Part shown: in pieces, positions 53,223 to 64,000 of the stretch | Layout: each line of letters starts with the position of its first letter | Numbering within the stretch: position 1 is the stretch's first letter | Origin: Antedon mediterranea | Taxonomy: Eukaryota > Animalia > Echinodermata | Reading direction: 5' to 3' | DNA length: 64,000 bases | Assembly: GCF_964355755.1 (NCBI RefSeq) | Contig: NC_092672.1 | Location: 34,974,437-35,038,436 of the forward strand | The notes under the pieces: model-generated | What the model saw: only the letters and a program-made list of their open reading frames with translations | Database searches by the model: none | What the model was told of the DNA's origin: nothing | Translations under genes and position numbers: made by a program

Positions 53223-54730
53223 AATAAATTAGTAAAATAAATATCTTCAAAATATTAGAAATTATTCTCTGATTGAATAAAAACAAACCAACTCGTCATG
53301 TCAGAGTCAATTGATGCTTCCTTTTCGAGAAAGTCCTGTATTCTGTGCTTAATATTCCAAGACTGCATGCACAAAGTTATTTAATATTTCACGGTATAAA
53401 CAAATATTTGTAACGAAGTTTTCTTTGAATCATTAATGTTCCGAATCATGCACCAAAATGAACATCAGGTGAACACAAGGGCAACTTATCCTGTGTACTA
53501 CCAAAAATAAAAATAACTATTGTTATTTTTGTACTAGTACAGTATTAAAATGATGGTACATTTCGGCATGCACTCAGTGTGAACATACGTTTATAACAAG
53601 TTCAAGCAGCAGACAATGCACTGTCTATATCATTTCTCAATGTCAAAGGCATAAATGTTTATACTGTGTAAATACATATTAATTCCTTTGTATAAAATTC
53701 AATATTCCTTTGTGTAGACAATATTTGTTCTTGTTTATGTATTAAATTCCATGCAAAATAGTGTCACTATCAATAAAACACAGCAACAGGATTTTTTTAC
53801 AAAAGTGTCTTGCTTTAATGCTTTAATCTTCTGTAACCTTAGAAAATACAAACAGAAATAAAATTATTAAATCGTAATTAACTAATAACATCATTAATTA
53901 TCAATTATCATTTAATACTGCATGTATGCTTTACAACATTTTGAATAACAATCTTTTGACATTTTTTTTTATTACAATAAAATAGAAATATCTAGATAAT
54001 CGTAATAAAAACACAAACACTAAACAAAAACAACAAATGCACGTTCTGTACATTCAGATCACATCACATGTCTTTAAAGGATATTATTGCACGTTTAGTA
54101 AGAGATCCAAAATAGATTGTAGTCACAAAGATATTAAGTAAAGATATTGTACTATAATCAATGCACTTTTAGATACGAGTTGCATATTAAAAATACCTAC
54201 ATGAAAATCCAAAATAGGTTGTAGTCACATAAAGATAATAAGTAACGATATGTACATAACATTTGTACTATATCATAATCAATGCACCTTTAAGTTCTGT
54301 CTTCACTATCAAACTAGTGTGATGTCCTCATATATGGTAGTGATATGCCCAATTATGGTAGTGTTATGACATCATCATGTCCATATATGAGCACATCACA
54401 TTTGTTTTGTCACATAAAGTTTGATAGAGCTTTAGATACGAGTTGCATCACAAATACCCTCATGGATAAATAAACACATACAAGATTTCTTTAGAATTGA
54501 AAAATTAACACCTGAATTGGTGAAATAGATTCATCAATTGCTCCAATATACAATCGTATATTATTATAAAATGGAAGTACAACAACACAGTAGAATAAAT
54601 CTTAATAATCTAGTAAAATAAGAACATTCTACAATTTCGATCCTCTCGTCCAAACCTGAAGAAAAAGTCAAGGTTAGAATCTACTGCACTGACCTAAATA
54701 CTGTACCAAATCAAAAAAGTTAACGCTATA

Positions 54731-54987
54731 CCATATTTATTCGAATAGACGCTCCGCTTTGAATAAACGCACCCCACCCCCCTCCCTTCCCACCTCATTT
54801 TGAATATACGCCACCTCGAATAAATGAAATTGTGTTGTATTTTTTCATATCTAGGGGTATTGACTTGATTATACATGTTACCATATTACGCACAAAAAAA
54901 TAAATGCCTCTCCCGAATAAATGCCTCCCTCAAATAAATGCCCTCCTAAAATTAAGAACCCTCCTCGTTTATTCGAATAAATCTGGT
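54731..54987. mobile_element. TA-flanked pogo-like MITE (CCATATTTATTCGAATA termini)
   Basis: Inverted termini and internal GAATAAACGC repeats. Confidence 0.7.
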
Positions 54988-55556
54988 ATATATAAACAAC
55001 AATAACAAAGACACCCAAGACGATAATGATGCATCAGGAATAAATTATATAAAAACAAGGATGTAGGGTGCTTTTAGAGGAGATGAAAAGCTGATATTTT
55101 CACAATGGTTAGGAACCAACATTGTTGATGACCAGCCCACATCATTTCCCACAATCCTATGCTTATTCATTCTTTGTATACAAAAATGTAAACAAAATTA
55201 TAGATAATAACATCTCGTCAATATATATATACAAATTTAAATGATGGGTATAATTTAATTGATTTAAAGATGTATTGTCCCCTGAAAAACTGTAATTTAA
55301 AGCAAAAAATACTCCAATTGGCTGCCAGCCAATGGGTTTTTGGTTGAATGTGACCATTTTGTCATTTTATATGAGAAATCATTATTTTTTTACGGAAGGG
55401 ATTAACTTGATTAAAACTACAAAATAAGCTACTCAAAGTCTGATTAAATTATTCTTCATTTTTTATATTTTTGGGGGACAATACATCTTTGTCCATGTAT
55501 ATTTTTTTATTTTACTTTATTACAAAACAGGTCGTTAAGTTAAGTATTTTAATTAC

Positions 55557-57965
55557 TCAGTTTGGTCCTTGCATTGATGGTTGATCGTCACCATAGCAAT
55601 GTTTCATATCTGGGTCTCGGTAAGTATTTTCGTGTTGAACACTCTGGAAATAGAAAAAAAAAGTCCACAATAAACTGTCTAACTATTATTCTTCTAAAAT
55701 AACCATCTTCTTATACTGTGTTTGGTAGTCTAGCTGTTGGCATTTCGCGCTTTACTTTTAATAATTGTTTGACATAATAATGAATAAAATAACACAAAAT
55801 GGTTACCTGGCTGGAAACAAGCCTCTGGACTTAAAGGGCCATCCCCTGCTTTCCATGCTTATTTTCTTGTCTAGTCTTGTATTTTTATATTTAATGTTTC
55901 TCTTTTTATTTCATTTACATTATACTGTTTTATATATTTGTACTGTATTTGGATAGCAATAAATATTACTTACTTACTAAGCCAAAAGTTGCTATACAAA
56001 TAGATCATGTGGATATAAGTCAACTCAAAACCAAAAGTTCATAAGCATGGAGTTATACAGTACAATGGTATACAAATTATGAGTGTATTGGTACAATTAA
56101 TGGCATGATGTGAATGATGAAATATCAACGAGGCAAAGTCGAGTTAAAATATAACCTTTTACCATTCACTGAATGCCATTATTTGTACCAATAAACAAAT
56201 ATAAAACATCACACTCAATCTTCGCGGCGGAAGTACAAAATAGGCGGCGCTGTTGTATTTCAAAAGTAATATTTAAAATATATATTTTCCAAATGCAAGG
56301 ATTTTTTTTCGTACACAAAAAAATACTATTGAACGACCATTCAACAGTGCATACTATTGCATGCCATGTGACCCACAATCGTCAAATCAAATGACAGAAA
56401 TTTATTTAGGTGTTATATAATTAGCTTTACTTACTAATGAAGATGTACGGCATTTAGTTAAGCATAGTTCATAATGGTCGTATACAGATGAGAACAAGAT
56501 TCCAAAGGCTTTGCCTGCTTTACCTAAAACACCCTGTAACACTATTTGCTGAAGAAAACAAAAAAACTAATTTTAGAATATGCACTACTTTTATAAATAA
56601 CATATGTTACACAAACAGATATAAACACAGTCGCCTTATTCACCAATCACACTAAAGCTCCGTCTACACTATAAAATTAGTTTGACAAAAAAGTGTAATG
56701 TGCCTAAATATGGTAGTGATATGCTCAAATATGGTAGTGATATGCTCAAATATGGTAGTGATATGCTCAAATATGGTAGTGATATGACATCATCATGCCC
56801 ATATATGGGAACACTTTGGTCACATGAAGTTTGATAGTGTAGACAGAGCTTAAGAGAAATATCTCACTATTGTGAGATTGGTGAATACGGCCACATGTCT
56901 GTAAAATAATGGTTTATTTAGGTTTTAAAATGACTAACCTTATCTGGCCTTAAACAACAAGACACACAATTTTCATAGACACTACAGCAGCCTTGATGGT
57001 TACAGGTTTCACACGTATACAGCAATGCATTCTCACGCTCTGGATTGCAACAACCATTTGCTAAAAGGTCTATACGTGGGCACACATAACCTGGAAAATA
57101 AGAAAAATAGAGTTTTTGGATTTAAATTACATAACCTAGAAAATAAGAAAAATAGAGTTTTTGGATTTAAATTTGTAATAAACATTCTATTTGAATATAG
57201 GTCTAATAGAGAGAACACTAAATATTATTTAATTATCATATAAATTAAGAATTGTGTATTTTTAACGAAGAAAATATAATTTAAAGGAGTTTAACGCATT
57301 GTTTTATTTTATATTTTAATAATATTTATATAAAAAAAATATAAATTTATGTAATATAATTATAGATAAGCTGTCGCATTGGCCAATCTTTGGAAATGAG
57401 TTCAATTTTTTATTGCGCGAATTTACGAGCGTGGGTTTTGATGGAAAATGATGCCAAAGACATTGATTAATTTATGCACCTTTTTCATCCACTACAACAT
57501 TTCTCCCCTGTAATGAGTTTCGACATTTGCTTGTGTGGGTGTGGTTCTTGGGCTCAAACTCAACTTTCCATTGGAAAGGTGGGCGTGATGGCGATATATT
57601 TGTATTTTCTTTTTTTACGAATGAAATTGGATTCTGAAAAAAAAAATTTCAATTTTTAGTCATTTATCACATATAGAAAATATTAAGTAAATATAGCTCC
57701 TAGGCCTTGCCGTTAGTAGGCCTATCTTATACTTAATATGCCTCTTGTTGTACAAGGTAGACCTGAGCCATATTTCTGCTTTACACAAGGAAACCTAGCC
57801 GTGTCGAGTGCCTTTTTCTCTGCTGACAAGAAGGCCAGACAGGGAGAGGGAGAGAGGCAGGAGGTGGCTTACCTGAGAAAATGTACTGCTCATAAAATAC
57901 AGAAGTGACAAGAAGAATATAACACCTAAGAACCACCGTTTGCGTAGAATTCGAACAGAAAACAT
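55557..57965 (-). CDS. SPRING1: SREBP-regulating gene protein (C12orf49 ortholog), 199 aa
   Basis: Exons 57873-57965, 57480-57633, 56939-57090, 56435-56548 and 55557-55643 (600 nt). The peptides [71 protein letters not shown] and [11 protein letters not shown] match recalled human C12orf49. Confidence 0.95.
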
Positions 57966-58500
57966 GAGAAATGGTTAGTTTACTATCTGCTTTGTTATTT
58001 ATTTTCAAAAAAATGCTTAAAAGTCGATTGCATCATGAAACATTTTCTTTTTTTGTGTGCGCGACCATTTTTTTTGTTTTTTTTTTTATAACGATGACGT
58101 CATTGTTTGTAGCCTCTCTCTATGTATTTGTAAAATTATAATATTTTCCTAATATTTTTACATGAAACAAATTACATTAAAAAGCCATAATTAACAGTAG
58201 AATAAAAAATAATTTTTGTTTACAAAATATTAATATATAAATGTTATAAATGTATTTTATTTTCGTTAGTTTTATATAAACTAAAAAGAGCCAGAATGGG
58301 ATTCCCCTATATTTTTCTAAAACTGTGACCTTGAAAATACAAAACAGAGACTGTTTTTTGGTGTCAAAATAAACTGACGTGTTATCAAATTACCCCCAAA
58401 ACGAAACAGTTTACCACGTACGTATTTAATATTCGACAGTGGTAGACCAACTAATAGATAAGAGGTATATTTTAGATAAAAAATTAGTATTTGTTATAGT
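57966..58500. promoter_or_regulatory. Bidirectional promoter between SPRING1 and RNFT1/2
   Basis: The two ATGs are <800 bp apart and divergent. Contains TGACGTCA (58095-58102), GGGATTCCCC (58298-58307), TGACGTG (58375-58381) and CCACGT (58414-58419). Confidence 0.6.
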
Positions 58501-58754
58501 AAAAACAGACATTCTGTTTTCAGCACTATTTTTTTAGGTACAGTATTCACTGCGCTTCACTGACTGCTGCTGCTATACAAAACAGAGAAAAGTTGTTGAG
58601 TTGGTTTTAGGGGGTGGGGGAGTATAATATAAGTATAACTTTTCAACTCAGCCCTTTGATTTATATCTAGTCTAGGCCTAGTTTGACATTCTATATACCA
58701 TCCGTGTATAAGTTCTCTGATTTGATGTGATTTCTTTTGTCTACACAGGTCGAC

Positions 58755-61700
58755 ATGGCTGGATTGGGAGAAGGAGGAATCGGCGATAATCTAAATTCCA
58801 TGCTTCGGGGAATAATTCCCGGATTAAACACGATGGACGCTCCTGTTCACCCGGCCCATACCACCGATAACCAATCCAACACAGACTCAATCATAATTAA
58901 CATTCCAACAGAGGGAGGAGGGGGAGATCAGGGGGAGGGTGATCCGAGCGGAAACAACGGTGGTGGAGCCGCATCCATACCAGAAATGAGAAACCTAAAA
59001 ACATTATTAGATCGTACTTTGCTGTTTATATTTTTACTTTGTATTAAAATTCTCATAGATCACTGTTTAGGTAAATCTCTCACTTCAATTTTTTTATGAT
59101 GTAAAGTTGTTTTTTTTTTTTAAATGAATGTATTTTGCTAACTAATATTGATATGAAATTTCAAATAAAAGTTTTATAATAAAATGGATAATTACTTTAA
59201 GATTTAATGAAATAACATTTTACATTTATAGGTTTGTTTGTTATTATTGGTCTCATTGGGACATTCATTCATCATAATGGGAACCTAAGGCAACAAGTAA
59301 TCATGAAAGTAAATGTTATCTTTATTTTAATTTATAACAAGTGTAAATACCCTCTCAAATGTGGTTTTCCAGAGCAATTCCAGTCATTTTTATAAATGTG
59401 TGATGATGCATGCAAAAATGTGTATACGCTATACAGTAACAACAAATATACAAAACTCTCTCTTTTTATGGTATATAATTATAATTATTGTTAAGTAATA
59501 ATAGTATTTCTTCTCAACATGGATTACACAAGTTAAGTGAGGAAATTGTAATGAAAAATATAGGACATCAAGTTAACCTCAGCCCTTCATTTCATCATTT
59601 TTAAACCCTGTGCCTACTAAACATTAATATTTTTTCTACTTTCAGGCAAAAAGGAAGATGATGAAAATGATAACAATGCTGTTGTTTCTGCTTTTTAATA
59701 TATTCTTTGTTTATTATATATTTAATGATCAACAACTTTACAGAAGGTAATACATTTTCAAAAGTTAAGATATGAAAAAATACAACACAATTATTATCGA
59801 GAAGTGATAAAATACAGTTAAAAATTCCATCAAAATGATTGGCAATTATTGTAGATCATATCAATCAATGAATTCTACTACAAATAGAAATGTCTTGTAC
59901 TGTATTACAATATGCATGTGGCGGGGTGTTTATTTGAGGAAACAAATAAGGAAATGCCCTAGGGCGTTTGTTCGAGGGGCAGGGGATGCGTTTATTCAAA
60001 ATGATGTTCTATTGGAGGAGTTGACAAAAAATATCCCCTTAATATAGATAACGCACCCTAACGCTCTTTTATTTATGGTATTTTGTCCTTTTTTTCAGCT
60101 TGATTTTTCGTCAACCAACTTATGAAACGATGGACTTTTGGACTTTACTCTGGATTGTGGGAATTACAGATTTCATGATAAAATACTTGACAATAGCAGT
60201 GAAAGGAGTTATAACTATGTTACCTCAACAAGTATTAACATTCAAAAAAAGGGTGAGACAATCCAAAACAATATATTTTCTTTTTGGTGTAGAGTAAAGT
60301 TAGTGGAGCTGTAGCTTGGTGGTTAACATGCTTGCCTTCCAATCCTGACGTAGTGCCAGGGTTGTAACTCACAACTCTTTCAACTCCAGTTAAGCCTCAA
60401 ATGAGAAACATGATAAATTATAAAATAGTTTATCCATGGTTTATCCATCCTGTAATTGGCGAGTTTCCTGATGCGTATGAAATATAAAAAAAATTTTAAA
60501 AATACTAGTTTACTACATTTAATATTCTTGTGCTTGTACCTTCCTAAACATGGATATTTTTTAACTTTCTCTATTACTTGCTTCTTTTTATACCAATAAA
60601 ATTCCCTTGATGTGTTTAGCTTTTGGTAATCAGTGACTGGAATACCAATGCATTGTATTTTTTATTTGATTTATTTCGCCTTTTCATCAATTATTGGATT
60701 ATCTGGTCACACAAAGTTTCAACGCGATTATCACGCAAGTCAACCGAATCACAATACCCTATTTCATTTCATTTATTTCGTCAATAACAGTGACAGTGAC
60801 AGAAAAGCAAACTGAATTGCTGTATAAATTTTCTCAGCCGTCACGGGTGACAAAAAGACAATAAAAATCATTAGTAATATAAATACTGTATATAAATACA
60901 AAGATATATGCAATAAAAAGATAAAAAAATATATAAATATTCAAATGTTAAAAAAAGATAAAATTGCAACATATTCCCGTCCAATCTCTCAATCCAACCC
61001 CCTAAAGTGTAACAATTAAATTGATTATTTTTCAGGGTAAAATATACTTAATAGTAGAGCAGTTTTCACAGCTGTACAGGATGCTTACCCCCATCCCCCT
61101 CTGGATCCAATATTTGTCAACCTCCGAATCACACTGGTGTATCAACTACAGTTTAGTGTTACTTTATATCATATTTAAGGTATTTATTATTTCAAAATAT
61201 TTACATGTTAAAGGCCAATTTACACAGCAGGCGGAAAACTGCGTAACTAGTCCCACATAGAATCTGTATCTATCCTAAGTGGACTCGCTCCGCGTTGTTT
61301 GTAAATGGTCATAAGGAATAAAATAGATTCTATCGCCTGTATTCTTAAACCGGACTTTAGTCGTAGTTCGAAGTTCGACTTGAAAAAGTCGTAGTTCGAG
61401 CTATTACTTCAAATTCGATTAAAAAACGAAGTAGTCGAAGTTTGCAGTTCGACTTAATGAAGTCGAGCGTTTAGTCGAGTTGCACACGTCTGGGTAACAA
61501 AGGCTATACATTGGCCAATGACAAGAGAGTATTTGAGGAGCAGACGAAATTTTGCGCATTCATATCACTTTCCATTTTCTTACAACACTTTTTACGCATC
61601 AGGACTATACATGAAAAATAATTTTAATCGTTAATTATTAGAACAAGATCAGTATTAATTTAACAGTGAAGTACTTTTGATTAACAACAAACAAAATCTT

Positions 61701-63185
61701 CAAAATATATTTAGGAACCATGGCGGTACGGTAACTTTTATATTTTCTAGGCCCCCAACAAAGTATGATCGCGACGAACCACGCACTTCATAGCGTGACA
61801 AGAAAGCGCTAGGCCCCCTAAACATTCCATTGCGTGGTGAATTTCCGCATCTGCCATTGTCGCTATGGCGTGACGTAGTTGAAGTCAGACTTGCGCGAAG
61901 AAAATTATGTAATTTGTATACAGTTGTAAATAAAGATGATTTTCATTATTATAACATATACCAATGTATATTTAATTAAGCTAATATAAAAATAGATATT
62001 TCATTCTTCAATATCTGGACAATATAACAACTCAATGACTGTTACGTTTTTCATAAACATCGTTTAAAAACCATTTAGTCGACCATTTAGCCTGCCCCCT
62101 CCAGGACTAAAAAAATCGATCAAAATCCGTCTCGATTTAGTCGAGGTTGGCCTGAATTAGTCGGCGATTTAGTTGAAGTTCGGTTTATGAATTAAAATGA
62201 CGTCATTTTTTTAGTTTTAGCTCGAACTACGACTAAAGTCCGGTTTAAGAATACGGGCGTCTATATCTTTATTACTGTTATCGCTCGTCTGTGTAAATTA
62301 TCCTTTATACATAAAGCCGATTTTTCACTAGGCGAATTTGTTCGCACGATTCGCAGGCGTTAGCTAATACGCATGCATACAGAAGGATTTGGAAGATGTA
62401 AACATGAATACGCATGCGTATAAGCTGACGCTTTCGATTCGCACAAACGAATTCGCCTAGTGAAAAATCAGTTTAATATTGTTACGTTTTCTGGTTCTCT
62501 TAAATCAGGCAAATTGTGAATATAGTATTTGAAAACATTTTTAAAAATTTAATTACATCTTCATCGTTTTGTTATAAAATAATAATGTATTTAATCTTTG
62601 ACTCTCTAGGCAGGAACTCTCATTGATAAGATAAAAGAGGTTTCAGCAGCCACAAAGGGCTTTTGCTTTGACGTGGTAAGTAAATTATAAGTGGAGCTTT
62701 CTTGCTTTCCAATCCCAAGGTCCAGGGTTCAATCCGGACTAATTAATTTTTTTCGTGTTCTCCACAGCAATACGGAGTCCACCTCGCAACAGGAGGGTCA
62801 ACAACTGGTCAAGCTTGTCCGATTTGTCAAGATGAGTATACTGACCCTATTCAACTACAATGCAAAGTAAGCTTTATTGAATTTAAAAAAAATTGTATTC
62901 CTTTCTGCCAAGCATTCCAAAAATTAAACACAATGGAAATATTGTGTCTAGGATCAGAAGTAGAGATACCACTGGGGATGCCCTAATTACAATTTTTATG
63001 ACAAAATTTCATATAATTTGAAATAACTCGATATTTCTGATATTTCTTTGCAGCACGTTTTCTGCGATGAGTGTGTTTCGTTATGGTTTGATCGTGAGCG
63101 TACTTGCCCGATGTGTCGTGCTAAGGTCGCTGAAGATCCTGCATGGAAAGACGGAAATACTACTTTATATATACAGCTATTTTAA
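58755..63185 (+). CDS. RNFT2: RING finger and transmembrane domain E3 ligase (RNFT1/RNFT2 co-ortholog), ~362 aa
   Basis: Exons 58755-59070, 59232-59308, 59646-59746, 60099-60252, 61036-61179, 62610-62675, 62768-62866 and 63054-63185. TM helices (FWTLLWIVGITDFMIKY) and a C-terminal RING ([39 protein letters not shown]...WKDG). An acceptor at 58748 implies an upstream non-coding exon. Confidence 0.92.
61333..62260. mobile_element. Harbinger-like non-autonomous element nested in another MITE (61211-62305)
   Basis: TIR CGCC(T/C)GTATTCTTAAACCGGACTTTAGTCGTAGTTCGA; CTA 3-bp TSD. Confidence 0.82.
62314..62473. mobile_element. Palindromic MITE (GATTTTTCACTAGGCGAATT termini)
   Basis: Nearly the whole element is an imperfect palindrome, flanked by TAA. 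Confidence 0.78.
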
Positions 63186-64000
63186 ATCATTTTTTTTATA
63201 TATATATTGAAATTTAAAAAGTTTGATCAAGAAAATATTAAATCTTTTGTAAAAGTAAACATGTTTAATAACAATAATACATCATATTTTAGTTGTTAAG
63301 CCTTTGTCTACACTATCAAACTTTATGTGACAAGAAAATGTTATGTGCCCATATATGGAGATGATGATGTCATCACTTTCATATTTGGGCATATCACAAT
63401 TTTTTTCAAACTAGTTTGATAGTTTAGACAGAGCTTTAGACATAAAAAAATAATTAAAAAAAAAATATTATTTAGTGAAATAGTTTTGAAATATTTGTAC
63501 AGTCCGCATTATTTTTACTATTCAATATTAAATGTTGTTAGGTAACATAAAAACTATTAAAAGATATATTGTCCTCCTGGAACAAATATTTTTTTTGTTG
63601 AATATGCCATTTAATGTCGCATAATAGTTATTCAATTTTACCAAAATTGGATCCAAAAAAAAAAAATATTTACCTGAAAATTTTAATTAAAAAAAATAGT
63701 CTAATTGACTGGAAGTCAATCATTTTTTTGGTTGACCTGCGAAATGGCCTTTTTAAAATTAATTTTCGTTTTTCAGAGGCAATACATCTTTAATTTTTTT
63801 ATTATTACATTAGTAATGTATTGTTATTTTTGTTTTATGTAATTAATGTGTCACTTATTAATTGATTTGTATGATTACTAGGAAACTCTAATTGAGATTA
63901 GATTATTTTTTACATTGTGAAATAATATGTAAAATATGTTTATATAATTATTATTATGGTGAAAGTATTTTTTAGAAATTGGTTGTGGCAAAATATTTTG

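Overview
AT-rich, intron-containing animal genomic DNA, non-vertebrate in character. It has no prokaryotic features: no operons, no CRISPR and no rRNA. Five spliced protein-coding genes could be assembled by hand with GT-AG introns and consistent phases. (1) The 5' part of TTC28 (- strand): exon 1 at ~37.3 kb, exon 2 at 9.4-9.7 kb, and the rest off the left edge. (2) ZCCHC17/pNO40 (+, 7 exons). (3) An uncharacterised ~806-aa protein with a degenerate TBC (Rab-GAP-like) domain and a C2-like C-terminus (-, 15 exons). (4) SPRING1/C12orf49 (-, 5 coding exons). (5) RNFT1/2 (+, 8 coding exons), head-to-head with SPRING1 as in human. Non-coding DNA is dense with non-autonomous DNA transposons: Harbinger-, Tc1/mariner-pogo-, Kolobok-, MULE- and P-like elements, including a ~20-copy minisatellite-bearing MITE. 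There are also several tRNA-derived SINE families, L2/RTE LINE remnants and microsatellites. Most entries in the ORF track are artefacts of repeats. All homology calls rest on recalled motifs, not database searches.
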